A stretch of 64,000 nucleotides of DNA from Mobula hypostoma (taxonomy: Eukaryota): assembly GCF_963921235.1 (NCBI RefSeq), contig NC_086101.1, forward strand, positions 2,668,001-2,732,000, given 5' to 3'. Shown here in pieces: positions 13,020 to 26,467 of the stretch. Below the pieces are notes generated by a model that saw only the letters and a list, made by a program, of their open reading frames with translations, made no database searches and had not been told where the DNA came from. Positions within the stretch are counted from its first letter, which is position 1. Each line of letters begins with the position of its first letter. Position numbers and translations under genes: made by a program.

Positions 13020-13282
13020 ATTTATTTACTTATTGAGATACAGCATGGGGTAGGCTCTGCCCTTTGGGCCAGCCATCCAGCAACCCTCTGATTTAATCCC
13101 AACCTAATCAATTTACGAAGGCCAATTGACCAACCAACCAGTATGTCTTTGGACCGTGTGAGGAAAACGAAGCACAGAGATGAAACCCACGTGGTCACGG
13201 GGAGAACATACAAACTCCTTCCAAGCAGTGGCAGTAATTGTTGCTAGTACTGTAAAGTGTTGTGCTAACCACTGTGCTACAA
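13020..13282 (-). mobile_element. V-domain SINE (degenerate)
   Basis: Minus strand has the V-SINE core 'gagtttgtatgttctccccgtgaccacgtgggtttc' and a tRNA-like head. Confidence 0.6.
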
Positions 13283-13699
13283 TGCAGCCCTACTTTATGT
13301 GTTTAATCTTGCAATGTAACAAAATGGAACCTGTACAATCCCAGAGTGTTTTGCTATAAGCTAAGTGTGTACGCGTCAAAAGGCATGTAATGTCCTGATC
13401 ATTGTTCACTGTGTTCACTGTGTTCATTGTTCATGGGGGGGGGGGAATTGATATACACTGGCCTTGAGTACTTCAGCTGTACCCCAGTGGAGGAGCTGAT
13501 CTTGCAGAACAGATAATAGCTAAAGAATAGACTCAAAACTTGTAAAAAAAAAGAACTTTGTGAGCTGTAAATCAGAATCAGCTGCCATCCATGAGCAGTT
13601 GAATTGTTCCTCATTGCTAACAATAAACATGTCTTTGAACAGATCCACTGTGTTTTTTTAACTCCCTGAACTCCCTTTGCGGAACCACGACTCTCTTCA

Positions 13700-13992
13700 G
13701 AATCAGAAACAGAATGATGAGGTGGTGTTCATGGGTTCAATGTCCATTCAGAAATCAGAGATGCCGAGGAGAAGAAGCTGTTCTTGAATCACTGTGTGTG
13801 TGCCTTCTGGCTCCTGTATCCTCTTCCTGATTGTAGCAATGAGAAAGTGGCCTGTCCTGTCCTTAAGAATGGAAGCCACCTTTCTGAGGCACCACTCCTT
13901 GAAGATGTCCTGGATACTACGGAGGCCAATGCCCCCGACACAGCTGACTAGTTTTACAATGCTCTGCAGCTTAACTCAATCCTGTGCTGTAC
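13700..13992 (-). mobile_element. Rex1/Babar-like 3' fragment
   Basis: Similar in reverse to 1-890, including the (TTCTGA)n tail. Confidence 0.65.
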
Positions 13993-14034
13993 AATGATTT
14001 TCCCAGGACTTAAGGACCTAAGTTAGAGGGAAAT

Positions 14035-14590
14035 AGTCATAGCCATACTTTATTGATCCCGGGGGGAAATTGGTTTTCGTTACAGTTGCACCATAAATAA
14101 TAAATAGTAATAAAACCATAAATAGTTAAATAGTAATATGTAAATTATGCTAGTAAATTATGAAATAAGTCCAGGACCAGCCAATTGGCTCAGGGTGTCT
14201 GATCCTCCAAGGGAGAAGTTGTAAAGTTTGATGGCCACAGGCAGGAATGACTTCCTATGATGCTCTGTGCTGCATCTTGGTGGAATGAGTCTCTGGCTGA
14301 ATGTACTCCTGTGCCCACCCAGTACATTATGTAGTGGATGGGAGACATTGTCCAAGATGGCATGCAACTTAGACAGCATCCTCTTTTCAGACACCACCGT
14401 CAGAGAGTCCAGTTCCATCCCCACAACATCACTGGCCTTACGAATGAGTTTGTTGATTCTGTTGGTGTCTGCTACCCTCAGCCTGCTGCCCCAGCACACA
14501 ACAGCAAACATGATCGCACTGGCCACCACAGACTCGTAGAACATCTTCAGCATTGTCCAGCAGATGTTAAAGGACCTCAGTCTCCTCAGG
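14035..14590 (-). mobile_element. Rex1/Babar-like 3' fragment, same subfamily as 22160-22853
   Basis: 'MFYESVVASAIMFAVVCWGS...HPLH...RKSFLPVAIKLYN'; nearly identical to the copy at 22.2-22.85 kb. Confidence 0.85.
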
Positions 14591-14986
14591 ATGACTATGT
14601 GAGGAGATTATTCCCTGGAGCATAGAAGATTGAAGGGAGATTTGATAGAGGTATACAAAATTATGAGGGGTATAGATACAGTAAATACAAGCAGGCTTTT
14701 TCCACTGAGTTGGGTGAAACTAGACTAGAGGTCACAGTTTAAGGGTAAAAAGTGAAATATTTAAGTGAGGCTTGGTGAGGGAACTTCTTCACTCAGAGGG
14801 TGGTATGAGTGTGGAATGAGCTGCCATTGAATGTGGTGGATGCAGGTTTGAGGTCAACATTGAAGAAGCATTTGGAGTTCCTGGATGGGAAGGGCTGTGG
14901 GTCGATTGGATGAGGCAGAATAACAGTTCAGCATGGTTTAGATGGGCTGGAGTTTCTTGGATGTGGTGGCTCAGTGACAGGGTGAT

Positions 14987-15340
14987 AAACACAAGGAAGT
15001 TTTCAGCATCTGCAGAATCTATTGTGTTTACGATTCTGCAGATGCTACAAATTTGGAGTAAAACGTACAAGATGCTGGAGGAACAGCAGGTCAGACGGCA
15101 TGTATGGAAGTGAATAAACGGTCAACGATTTGGACTGAGAACCTCCTGACGAAGGGTCTCGGCCGGAATCGTCGACTGTACCTCTTCCTAGAGATGCTGC
15201 CTGGCCTGCTGTGTTGACCAGCAAATTTGATGTGTGTTGCTTGAATTTCCAGCAGCTGCAGAATTCCTCGTGCTTGCGTTTTTAATTTTACCTTCATCAG
15301 GACTGGCCGATCTACTGGGTCCTCCAGCATTTTGTATGTG
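14987..15340. mobile_element. Cluster of short Penelope terminal-repeat fragments in both orientations
   Basis: 'cctgacgaagggtctcggccggaatcgtcgactgtacctcttcctagagatgctgcctggcctgctg' matches the element at 8282-8420. Confidence 0.7.
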
Positions 15341-15943
15341 TTATTCTCAGGTCGATGTGTCCCTGAACCCCGGCTCCCAATGGTTTGTTGTAGAAGGGAG
15401 TGGAATGCACACATCTCTTTCCCATCAGTGAAACCAATAGGTTTTTGGAACAATTCACTGTCCTCAATCCCCTTATTGATTCCGGGTGATTGTCAAGGTG
15501 CCAGGTATTACGAAGGAGTTGGGTGTCAGCTCTGTGACGTGCAATGTTGAAACCATGAGCAAAATGGAATGCAGTTTGGGAAATCCAGCAACACCTGCTG
15601 AGAATACCTGTGGCCTTACTCAGCTCTGCAGGCGCTTCACTGCAGCTTCGAGTCGTCGATCGGATACTCGCTTCCTGAGCGACAGTGTGGCATGGTGTGG
15701 ATGTATGATCGGTGTCCTCTCGGTGTCACTGAGTGTGAATCTCAAAGGACAATTACACAACAGGTAAGGGCAACATGGGGCCATTTGGCCCAATAGCTCA
15801 TTCCACCATCCAGTAGGGCGATTCACCTCAGTACCAGCAGTAGTTATGGTGCTGCCTCATGGACACACTGACCCAGGTTATGTCCCGGAGCTGCCTCCTT
15901 AACCACAGAGTCAACCTGCGCGGCAGCTCTGAGTGTCCTATGG

Positions 15944-17557
15944 ACTCAGACCCCAAGATCCCTCTGATCCTCCACACTGCCAAGAGTCTTACCATTAATA
16001 CTATATTCTGCCATCATATTTGCCCTACCAAAATGAACCACTTTACACTTACCTGGGTTGAATTCCATCTGCCACTTCTCAGCCCAGTTTTGCATCCTAT
16101 CGATGTCCCACTGTAACCTCTGACAGCCCTCCACACTATCCACAACACCTCCAACCTTTGTGTCATCAGTAAATTTACTAACCCATCCCTCCACTTCCTC
16201 ATCCAGGTCATTTATAAAAATTCACGCAGAGAAGGGGTCCCAGAACAGATCCCTGAGGCACACTACTGGTCGCTGACCTCCATGCAGAATACAACCCGGC
16301 TACAACCACTCTTTGCTTTCTGTGGGCAAGCCAGTTCTGGATCCACAAAGCAATGTCTCCTTGGATCCCATGCCTCCTTACTTTCTCAATAAACCTTGCA
16401 TGGGGTATCTTATCAAATGCCTTGCTGAAATCCATATACACTACATCTACTGCTCTGCCTTCATCAATACGTTTAGTCACATCCTCAAAAAATCACGACC
16501 TGCCTTTGACAAAGCCATGCTGACTATTCCTAATCCTATTATGCCTCTCCAAATGTTCATAAATCCTGCCCCCAGGATCTTCTCTATCAACTTACCAACC
16601 ACTGAAGTAAGACTCACTGGTCTATAATTTCCTGGGCTATCTCTACTCCCTTTCTTGAATAAGGGAACAACATCTACAACCCTCCAATCCTCCGGAACCT
16701 CTCCCGTCTCCATTGATGATTCAAAGATCATTGACAGAGGCTCAGCAATCTCCTCTCTCACCTCCCACGGTAGCCCGGGGTACATCTCATCCCGTCCTGG
16801 TGACTTGTCCAACTTATGGTTTCCAAAACCTCCAGCAAATCCTCTTTATTAATGTCTATCTGCTCAAGCTTTTCAGTCCACTGTACATCTTTCTTACAAT
16901 CACCAAGGTCCTTTTCCGTAGTGAATACTGAAACAAAGTATTCATTAAGTACCTCCGCTACCTCCTCCGGTTCCATACAGACTTTTCCACTGCCACACTT
17001 GATTGTCCTATTCTCTCACATCTCATCCTCTTGCTCTTCACATACTTGTAGAATGCCTTGGGGTTTTCCTTAATCCTGCTCGCCAAGGCCTTCTCATGGC
17101 CCCTTCTGGCTCTCCTATTCTTGAGCTCCTTCTGGCTAACCTTATAATTTTTGAGATCTCTATCATTACCTAGTTTTTTGAACCTTTCATAATCTCTTCT
17201 TTTCTTCTTGACTAGATTTTCAACAGCCTTTGTACACCACGGTTCCTGTACCCTACCATCCTTTCCCTGTCTCATTGGAATGTACCTATGCAAAATTCCA
17301 CACAAACATCCCCTGAACACTTGCCACATTTCTTCCATATGTTTCCCTGAGAACATCTGTTCCCAATTTATGCTTCCACGTTCCTGCCTGATAGCTTCAT
17401 ATTTCCCCTTACTCCAATTAAACACTTTCCTAACTTGTCTGTACTTATCCCTCTCCAATGTTATGGTAATTGAGATAGAATTGTGATCACCATCTCCAAA
17501 ATGCTCTCCCAATGAGAGACCTGACAATTGACTACGTTCAATTCCTAATACCAGATC
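15944..17557 (-). mobile_element. CR1 ORF2 fragment (endonuclease end through RT), inverted part of a composite insertion
   Basis: 'DHNSI', 'KSPGRD...NYRPVSLTSVVGK', 'DFSKAFDKIPH', 'VPQGSVLGP', 'FTDDTK'. Confidence 0.92.
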
Positions 17558-17574
17558 TTCTTGATCTTTATACT

Positions 17575-18365
17575 CTGTGTGAATTTTTATAAATGACCTG
17601 GATGAGGAAGTGGAGGGATGGGTTAGTAAATTGCTGATGACACGAAAGTTGGGGGTGTTGTGGATAGTGTGGAGGGCTGTCAGAGGTTACAGCGGGACAT
17701 TGATAGGATGCAAAACTGGGCTGAGAAGTGGCAGATGGAGTTCAACCCAGATAGGTGTGAGGTGGTTCATTTTGGTAGGTCAGATATGATGACAGAATAT
17801 AGTATTAATGGTAAGACTCTTGGCAGTGTGGAGGATCAGAGGGATCTTGCGGTCTGAGTTCACAGGACACTCAAAGCAGCTGTGCAGGTTGACTCTGTGG
17901 TTAAGAAGGCATACGGTGTATTGTCCTTCATCAATTGTGGGATTGAGTTTAAGAGCCGAGAGGTAATGTTGCAGCTATATAGGACCCTGGTCAGACCCCA
18001 CTTGGAGTACTGTGCTCAGTTCTGGTCGCCTCACAGTAGGAAAGTAGGAAAGATGTGGAAACCATAGAAAGGGTGTAGCAGAAATTTACAAGGAGGTTGC
18101 CTGGATTGGAGAGCAAGCCTTATGAGAATACATAAAGTGAACTTGGCCTTTTCTCCTTGGAGCAAAGATAGAGGTGTACAAGATGATGAGAGGCATTGAT
18201 CGTATGGATAGTCAGAGGCTTTTTTCCAGGGCTGAGATGGCTAGCATGCAGTTTTAAGGTGCTTGGAAGTAGGTAGAGAGGAAATGTCAGGGGTAAGTTT
18301 TTTATGCAGAGAGTGGTGAGTACGTGGAATGGGCTGCCGGCAACGATGGTGGAGGCGGATACATA
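17575..18365 (+). mobile_element. CR1 3' fragment, sense part of the composite insertion
   Basis: 'NWAEKWQMEFN...LYRTLVRPHLEYCAQFWSP'; overlaps the inverted part by ~280 nt of element sequence. Confidence 0.9.
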
Positions 18366-19567
18366 GGCACATGGAAACATAGAAAACCTACAGCACAATA
18401 CAGGCCCTTCAGCCCACAAAACTGTGCTGAACATGTCCTTACTTTAGAAATTACCTAAGGTTACCCATAGCCCTCTATTTTTCTAATCTCCATGCACCCA
18501 TCCAAGAGTCTCTTAAAAGACCCTATCGTATCTGCCATCAACTCGTCTGCCATTTCCTTGTTTCCCATAATAAATTCACCCGCTTCTGTCTTCAAGGGCC
18601 CAATTTTGGTCTTGACTATTTTTTTCCTTTTCACATACCTAAAGAAGCTTTTACTATCCTCCAGGAGCTGACTGAGTTAGCAGCTGTCTGAAGCTGTTGG
18701 CAGACCAGCCTTTTACTGTCATGACATTTAACAGTTCTGAGGATTTCAGAGCTGTCCACAAAGTAGATGGTCAATGTCAAAGTCAAGTCTATTGACATCT
18801 GCTCAAGTACCTTTAAATACTCATGAAAACCTGATTTGCAGCAACATCACAGGCACACAGTATCAGATAAGCAGTATTAACAAGCCAAACACAAATTAAA
18901 GATAAATTACTGTCGATGCTTACAAGAAAGATCATATTTGGAACAAAACAAAAGTGATCAAAGTGGTCGCAGCATTGCTAAACTGTCGTGATCAGGGATG
19001 TGCTGGATAGTTGAGCCAAATGGTTGAAGGGAAGTAAATGTTCTTGGACCTGGTGCTAGATGCTGTGCTATCGACGGTGGGGAAGGATGTGAGTGTAATG
19101 TATTGAGCAGAGCCTCTTGTGTTGCTGTGCACTTGACCTGCTGTACCAGACAGGGATCAGGTAATCAGCTTTAGTTATAAATTATTGTATCAGAGACTCA
19201 GCCGGCTGGGAGAACAGTTAGGGTCATTTCATGACCAGCAGAACAGCTGCAGATCTGTGAAACCTCAGAAAGGTGATGGAGATCAACCCAGACTGGAACG
19301 AGCCAGCAGATGCCTTCTCACCCTTGCTATGTGCTTCAGTTTGTGTTGGATGCTTTGTGGAGAATGATGAGGTGCCTTAGAACCTGCCGTTGTAGGCAAA
19401 GTAAGTGGTGGTTCCAGTTGCTTTCTGGATCCACTCGTGGTCTTGTTAATGATGGGGAGTTTTGCAATGAATTAAAGTGCTTCTGTTTGCACAATATAGG
19501 TCAATTAGATGGTGCAACACTTGCGGTTGGAGTCATTAACAACCTTGTGTTGTTTTTCTTCTCATGC

Positions 19568-19612
19568 ATTGGCTGATTTGGATAGCACCAGCTGATATCT
19601 GTCTGTATAAAA
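19568..19612 (+). promoter_or_regulatory. Core promoter of the SOUL-family gene: inverted CCAAT (19568-19572) and TATA box TATAAAA (19606-19612)
   Basis: TATAAAAGG in unique sequence, ~45 nt before a consensus donor AAG|gtaaga. Confidence 0.6.
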
Positions 19613-19634
19613 GGGCTCCAGCCAAGCACACACA

Positions 19635-19657
19635 TAGATCAGCAAGACAACACTAAG
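19635..19657 (+). other. Putative non-coding exon 1 of the SOUL-family gene (start approximate)
   Basis: ATG-free short segment after the TATA box, ending CTAAG|gtaaga. The next coding exon has its own acceptor and only 9 nt of UTR, so an upstream exon is required. Confidence 0.55.
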
Positions 19658-19744
19658 GTAAGACGTATCACTCATTGTCTCAGCAGTAGAATTGTAGGGA
19701 CTGGATGTCAGAGGCAAGGGATTGTACAGCATGTATCATTCATT

Positions 19745-19751
19745 CTCTTTC

Positions 19752-19825
<74 letters not shown>

Positions 19826-20200
19826 TCTATTTCAGCCTCACGCTCTTTCTCTCTAACTCACACCCTCTCACCTCGTCCTACCTCTCTATCTGCGTTACCA
19901 TCTTTCTCTTGCTTTTCTCTCTCCCACTATCGCCTCTTCCCCTGGTCCCTCTCTCACTATTTCAGGTCTACTCTCTCTCCCTCTCTTCCTCCCTTCTCTC
20001 CTCCTCAGCCCATCCCTTCCTCTCCCAATATCTCTCTCTGCCTCCGTCCTGCACTTGTTCTCCTCTTTGCCTCTCCCTGTCCTTCTCTCTCTTTCCCTTC
20101 CCCCTCTCTCCCCATCACTCTCTCCATTCCACCCTGTTCTCTGTCTCCATCTCCCCCTTGGTATCTCCCCTCCCACCTGGTCTCACCCCCCCCCCCAAAG
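19745..20200. repeat. Compound (TG)n(TC)n(CA)n microsatellite followed by a polypyrimidine tract
   Basis: Directly visible. Confidence 0.9.
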
Positions 20201-20929
20201 GGACTCAGCGTCAGACAAAACGTGGCACTGGAGATGTTGGCGAGGTGAAGGGCTGATGGTCACGTAGCAAAAGCAGTGGGATTAATCTGATCTCTAGCGG
20301 GTTGGCGGGCTGCGAGTAGCTGGAAGTCACGGTCGGTCATGCTCACGTCCAAGTGACGTCAGCCGTCAAAAGTCCTATTTCCATGGTTTCCCACAATACT
20401 CACCAGGGTGGTGATCAGGGTAAGGGGATGTGGAGTGGTTGAATGAGTGGGTGACAAGGTGGCAGATGGAATATCGTGTGGATAAACGCGAGGATATCCG
20501 CATTCGTACAGACGGCAGAGTCATGATCAAAGGAAGAGAGATCGGTTGGTGCTGATGTCCAGAGGGCTGGGCTGTACCAGAACGTTAGAGGCTGAAGACT
20601 ACCCTGGGGGAGATGTCACTGACTCACCACACAGATAGTGCTGGGTCTTTATTCCCTGGTGCTACAGAAGTGAGAAAGGTCATTCCGATTGTGAGTGACA
20701 TTTGTGCAGATGTACCAGGAGTACTGTGGACAACTTTGGTTTCCGAGAGTGTCGGGAAATTTCACTGTGGAAGAACACGAGTCTGTCCTCGGGAGGAGCC
20801 GTTGCCAATCAGAATGAGGATCAGATTTACTATCTCTGACGGGTGAAATCTGTGATTTTGTGGCAGCAGGAGGGTACAAAGATAGAAAAATGTACAAATT
20901 TCTTAAATAAACAATTAGTGCAAAACAAA

Positions 20930-21505
20930 GCAGTGAAGAGCTTTATTAAGCACCTCCGCTCCATCCACCAAAAGCAGAGTTTCCCGGTGTACCATTCCCA
21001 TTTCGACATGTCGGTCCACGGCCTCCTCGTCCGCCACGGTGAGCCCACTGTCAGGGTGGAGGGGCGACATATCAGTACAGCTAGCTTCCGACGAATACCA
21101 ATTTCTATTCTCTCTCTCCCCTTCCCTCTTCAACTTTCCACTCTGGCTCTTACTTCTCCTCTCCTGTCTATCACCTCCTCCTGGGTCCTCTCCTTCTTCC
21201 CTTTCTCCCACAGTTCACTCACCTCTCCTATTACGTTCCTTCCTCTCCAGCCCTTTACCTTTCCTACTCACCTGGCTTCACCTGTCACCTTCCAGCAATC
21301 CCCCTTCCCCTTCCCTGCCCTCCCCCGCAACTCCACTCGCAACCTTTTTATTCTGGCATTTCCCCCTTTCCTTTCCAGTCTTGATGAAGGGTCTCAGCCT
21401 AAAAAAGTTTATCATTTCTATAGATGCTGACTGACGTGCTGAGTTGCCCCAACATTTTGCCTTGTGTTCCTCTGGCTTTCCAGACTTGCAGAATCTCTCG
21501 TGTTT
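20930..21505 (+). mobile_element. Degraded Penelope 3' fragment
   Basis: 'KHLRSIHQKQSFPV..HFDMSVHGLL' (GIY-YIG tail) and terminal repeat 'cagtcttgatgaagggtctcagcc'. Confidence 0.7.
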
Positions 21506-22159
21506 ATAATGAGATAACGTTGATGGGTGGAAGGACTGTGGAATGATGGGAGGAGATTTCATTGAACTATATCGGATGGCTCCAGACAGGGAGGATGATT
21601 GCCCTGTCTCGGGTGTCTGGGGTCAGGATCATTGAGATGACATTGTCGGGAATCTGAAATAAAGAAAGGAGATCCTGGAAATACTCAGCAGGCCAGGCAG
21701 CATCCATGGGGAGAGGAGGGGGTGATATTTTATGTCCAGTAATCCTCACTGGAACTGAGAAGAGAGAGTTGGTCTGGGCCGCAGAGAATGTGGAAGGAAA
21801 GGAATTTCTCTGTTGGGATGAAACTGGATCACCTCGTGGGGCAGGCGAATTCGTTGGTAACTCGTACGAGGATGCGGTGAAAAGATTGTTTTGCATAACA
21901 TACATCAATATTGTTCCATTACAACAGCGCATTGACATAGTACTTCCCTCTTTCTCCCTTCTCCTCCCACACCTTATCCCCATCCCTCACTCCCTGTCGC
22001 AGCCTCCCTCCCCGCTACCCCTCACTCCCTTCCTGTCACACCCCGCTCATTCCCTCTCCCCGTTACGTGTTTCCTCGCACCCTCATTGTGCCAAAAGTGA
22101 AGGACTGTTCGCAGATCCGACAGGAGTAAGCTTTGCACACAGAATGCTGTAAACAAATA

Positions 22160-22853
22160 GTCATGGTCATACTCTATTGATCCCGGGGGAAATTGGTTTT
22201 TGTTACAGTTGCACCATAAATAATAAATAGTAATAAAACCATAAATAGTTAAATAGTAATATGTAAATTATGCCAGGAAATTATGAAATAAGTCCAGGAC
22301 CAGCCTATTGGCTCAGGGTGTCTGACCCTCCAAGGGAGGAGTTGTAAAATTTGATGGCCACAGGCAGGAATGACTTCCTATGACGCTCTGTGTTGCATCT
22401 CGGTGGAATGAGTCGCTGGCTGAATGTACTCCTGTGCCCACCCAGTACATTATGTAGTGGATGGGAGACATTGTCCAAGATGACATGCAACTTAGACAGC
22501 ATCCTCTTTTCAGACACCACCGTCAGAGAGTCCAGTTCCATCCCCACAACATCATTGGCCTTACGAATGAGTTTGTTGATTCTGTTGGTGTCTGCTACCC
22601 TCAGCCTGCTGCCCCAGCACACAACAGCAAACATGATGGCAGTGGCCACCACAGACTCGTAGAACATCCTCAGCATCGTCTGGCAGATGTTAAAGGATCT
22701 CAGTCTCCTCAGGAAACAGAGACGGCTCTGACCCTTCTTGTAGACAGCCTCAGTGTTCTTAGACCAGTCCAGTTTATTGTCAATTCGTATCCCCAGGTAT
22801 TTGTAATCCTCCACCATGTCCACACTGACCCCCTGGATGGAAATAGGGGTCAC
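22160..22853 (-). mobile_element. Rex1/Babar-like 3' fragment
   Basis: 'YKYLGIRIDNKLDWSKNT...KKGQSRLCFLRRLRSF...'. Confidence 0.88.
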
Positions 22854-23989
22854 ACTTTACTGCCAAGTTACAATGAGCGGTGCTTTTCTCAGAAGCGTGC
22901 CTGAGCCCACATAACTGGTGCACCCCGTTGTGATTGGTCCACAGCGTTAGTCCTGACCTGCCCTGTGGTGAGCCCAAATCGAAAAGACCTGACCATCAGT
23001 GTGCTCATTATTTTATACCCAGGTCACCGCTCTTCTCCCCTACCTGGGTCGACCCTTTCAATGCGCAGTTGATGTTACGGGCCGAGACTCTTCCGCAGTA
23101 CCCCTTTCCGTAGACGCTGCCCGACCTGCTGAGTTCCTCCAGCGTGTTGCGCGTGTTGCTTTGACCCCAGCATCTGCAGAGTTTTTGCATTCAGGACTGC
23201 CGAGACAATACCTTGGTCACCTAGAAGCCAGGTCACCCTTCCCCCGCACGTCACACATTTGACCCCAGTAATTGCCCCTTGCGTTCTCTGGCTGACATTT
23301 TACGATTCTTACTACAACCCTCTCTTCCCTTTCTCCTCTCCCTCCTCCCTCACTCCCCCTCCCTTCCCCACTCTCTCTCCTTTTCTTCCCACACACTTTA
23401 TTTCTCCCCCTCCTTTTACTATCACTGTCTCCCCTTACTCTCTCTTTACCTTTGTTTTTCTCACTTTGTTCTTTCTCCCCGCCATCTCAGTCTCCTTCAT
23501 TTCTTTTCTCTTCTGGCCCCTTCCTCTCCAGTTTCTGTCTCTTAATTCCCCGACCCGCTTTCTATCTTCCCCTTCAACTCTTTCTTCTTCCTCCCCCTCC
23601 CTTCTCTGTCTCACTCCATCCCACTCTCCCTGTCTCACACATTGCACACTCACTCTCACCCTTCTTTCTTTGCATGCCTCTCGCTCCCCTTCACTTCCCT
23701 CTCTTTATCTTCAACCCCTTGCTCTCTGAGACTCATTCCCTTTCTCCCTGTCTTCTTCTCCCATCTCTTTCCGCCTTTCTCCCCCATTATCTTCCCATCT
23801 CCCTCCATCATCCCTCTCCCTACCCTTGCCCCTGTCCTTCCCCTCTCGCTCCACAATGAGGACATGTAATGGACTGATATATATTGCGGAACAGTGGGTG
23901 GAGATTTCACCAAAATGTATAGGATGTGCTAATGCTCAGCACGGACGGTAATTCCCCTATCTCAGGAGGCCAGGGTCAGGGTCATTCAG

Positions 23990-24098
23990 AAATAAATAGA
24001 TAGAAACATAGATGGACAGATGGACAGATAGATGGATGGATACATAGGTAGATGGATAGATAGGTAGGGAAATGGCTAGATGGATGGATGGATGGATA
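23990..24098. repeat. Degenerate (GATA/GGAT)n microsatellite
   Basis: Directly visible. Confidence 0.85.
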
Positions 24099-25299
24099 AA
24101 CAAATGCTGCAAAAGAAGGAATAACAATGGAGGATTGATGGGCTAATTGATTGTGAAAGGACGGGAGGAGATCTCATCGAAACGTACAGAGTGGGCAAGG
24201 ATTGAGCAGGAGGGAGACTGGGAGGGTAATTCCTCTATCCAGGGGTGTCTGGAGCAGATATTGGCAATCAAAATCAGAATCAGGTTCATTATCACCGACA
24301 TAAGAGGTAGCTAGTCTTGTTTTCTGGCAGCAGGTGAGCGCAAAAACATAAAAATCTATAAATTATGAAATAAACATGTGGTATAAAAGGAGGAATAAAG
24401 GGGTCGTGCTGATGGACCAATGGCTGTGGAATGATAGGAGACAATCTCATCAAAATATATTGAATGGGTAAGGACTCAGCAGGCTGGAGATGGGGAGAAT
24501 GTTTCCTACACTCATCTATTGAGATGTCCCCACAGCCAATGATCTCACTTTAAGGACTCTTTATCTCGTTATTTCATGCTCTCGTTATTTATTGCTGTTT
24601 ATTTATATTTACTTTTGCACAGTTTGTTGTCGTCTGCACTCCAGTTGATCTTCCACTGATCCTGTTATAGTCACTATTCTATACTGTAGATTTGCTGAGT
24701 ATGGCTGCAGGAAAATAAACCACAGGGCTCAGCTGGTGGATGCTATGTTCTCTGATAATAAAACATGCTTTGAACTTTGAACACTACCTCAGGGGCCTAG
24801 GGTCAGGGCCATTGGGAAGAGATAGTTGGAAATGTGAAACGAAGAGAGAGGATCCTGGAAATACTCAGCAGGCCAGGCAGTGTCCGTGGCGAGAGGAGGA
24901 AGTGACATTTTATATCCAGCAACCTTCATTGAAGCTAAGGAGAGCGGAAAGTAAATAGTCCTGGGCAGGACAGTAGGCGGGGGAGCAAAAGGAATTTCCC
25001 TGTTGGGTGGCTGGTTTGAGGGGTGGGGTAAGAGGTTCATCTGGGTTATGGAGAGATCGTATTCACCCAGATGGGGTGGGGGGTGGTGCTGGAATTTGGT
25101 GGGAGGGGGTCGAGAGGGCAGAGCAGAGACTCTGGCAGTCGTTCCACACTGAAACGGCAGCAGGGAAGCCTATGGTCACGACGGTGGGTATTGGTGGCCA
25201 GCATGAGCTCGGTGGGCCAAACGGCTGCTTTGCTGTAACACCGTGTGCCCGTGACAAATACTGAGTCCTGACCGATCCCGTCTCCCACAGGGTGTGACC

Positions 25300-25361
25300 A
25301 TGCTGCCTGTGTGGTTTCTGTTGGTTACCTCGCTGGTCATCGAGGGCAGCTTGAGCCAAGG
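25300..25361 (+). CDS. SOUL/HEBP2-family gene, exon 2: signal peptide MLPVWFLLVTSLVIEGSLSQ(G); exon starts at 25291
   Basis: tctcccacag|GGTGTGACCATG...CAAGG|gtaaga; hydrophobic core followed by a small-residue cleavage region; phase-2 donor. Confidence 0.85.
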
Positions 25362-25780
25362 GTAAGATATATGTACAAGTCGGGCCTGTGCGGGCTGAGG
25401 GATGGTTCTTCCCCGTTCCTTCTGGTCCTCGTGTGGCCCCGCCTCCCACCCCATCCCGTCTCCCTCCCCACCCCTGCCTCCTGACTCAAACCACACCTCC
25501 TTCCCCAACCCCGCCATGCCTCCTTCCCCATCCTGCCTCCCTTTCCCAGCCCCGACAACCAGGACGTCCACCTTTCTCCCAGCCCTGCCTGTCTCACCGA
25601 GCCCTGCCTCCCTTCCCACCTCTGCTGTCCCCAGCCCCGCTTCCCTCTCCCAGCCTCTGTGCCTGCCTGTTCCGTGATAGTTCAGTTCAAACCATCCACA
25701 GCTCTGTGGAATGTGTGGGATGCCTGGTTACAGTGTTGGGACTGAGCTGTTAATTTTTCTCACTCTGCTTCTGCCTTCAG

Positions 25781-25826
25781 CTGTCTTCTGAGATACGATG
25801 TCTTGTGCAGCACTGCGGATTATGAG
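25781..25826 (+). CDS. SOUL/HEBP2-family gene, exon 3: (G)CLLRYDVLCSTADYE
   Basis: ctgccttcag|...GAG|gtaaag, 46 nt, phase 2 to 0. Only this frame is open; it resembles the SOUL N-terminal 'Y.V....DYE' segment. Confidence 0.85.
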
Positions 25827-26089
25827 GTAAAGCGATGGTGAAATCACAGCCGCCTCCCTCCTTCCTTCCTTTGTCACTGCCGGTGTTCCCCATGTCCTGG
25901 GACAGGCTCATGATACCTTTCACCTGTTCAGAGTTGCCCCCTGACACTTCGAGCCTTTCCACTGTTTGCTGAGAGGGAGACTGTGCACACACTACCCACA
26001 GTAAAAGAAATGCCCTACTCCTTCATCTCCAGTCCTTGCCCCCGTGCATCGCATCTCAGCCCACTCCCCTTCTTCCCAGAAGAAATGGG

Positions 26090-26320
26090 TGCCACAGTTA
26101 GCACAACACGACTACAGTTCGGGGCATCGGAATTCGATTCCACTGTCCTCTGAAAGCAAGTTTGTCTGTTCTTCTCGCGTGCATGTAGGTTTCCTCCCTC
26201 AGTTCAAAACTTGTACCAGTTAGTTAGTAAGTTAATTGGTCATTGTAAATTCTCCCATGATTAGGATAGGGTTAAACTGGTGGTCTGCCAGGTGATGCAT
26301 CTCGAAAGGCCTGTTCCACG
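26090..26320 (+). mobile_element. V-domain SINE (degenerate), intronic
   Basis: 'aagtttgtctgttcttctcgcgtgcatgtaggtttcc...ttaattggtcattgtaaatt...aaggcctgttcc'. Confidence 0.55.
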
Positions 26321-26349
26321 TGTATAATAGTGAAATCCTTTGTCAACAG

Positions 26350-26467
26350 ACACTCCGTGTAAAAGAGTCGGTCTGGGTTGGAACGCGTTTGGCTACCAGC
26401 AACATTCACCAGCATAAAGTACACAGGCAGCTCCTGTACCGCTACATCAGAGGGGCGAACTCCGCAG
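26350..26467 (+). CDS. SOUL/HEBP2-family gene, exon 4: TLRVKESVWVGTRLATSNIHQHKVHRQLLYRYIRGANSA(G)
   Basis: tttgtcaacag|...GCAG|gtaggg, 118 nt, phase 0 to 1. Contains the SOUL hallmarks 'WV.T' and 'L..YI.G.N'. Confidence 0.9.

Noticed and set aside
20355..20362. CRE palindrome TGACGTCA in intron 1
   Set aside because: A single 8-mer is expected by chance in 64 kb.
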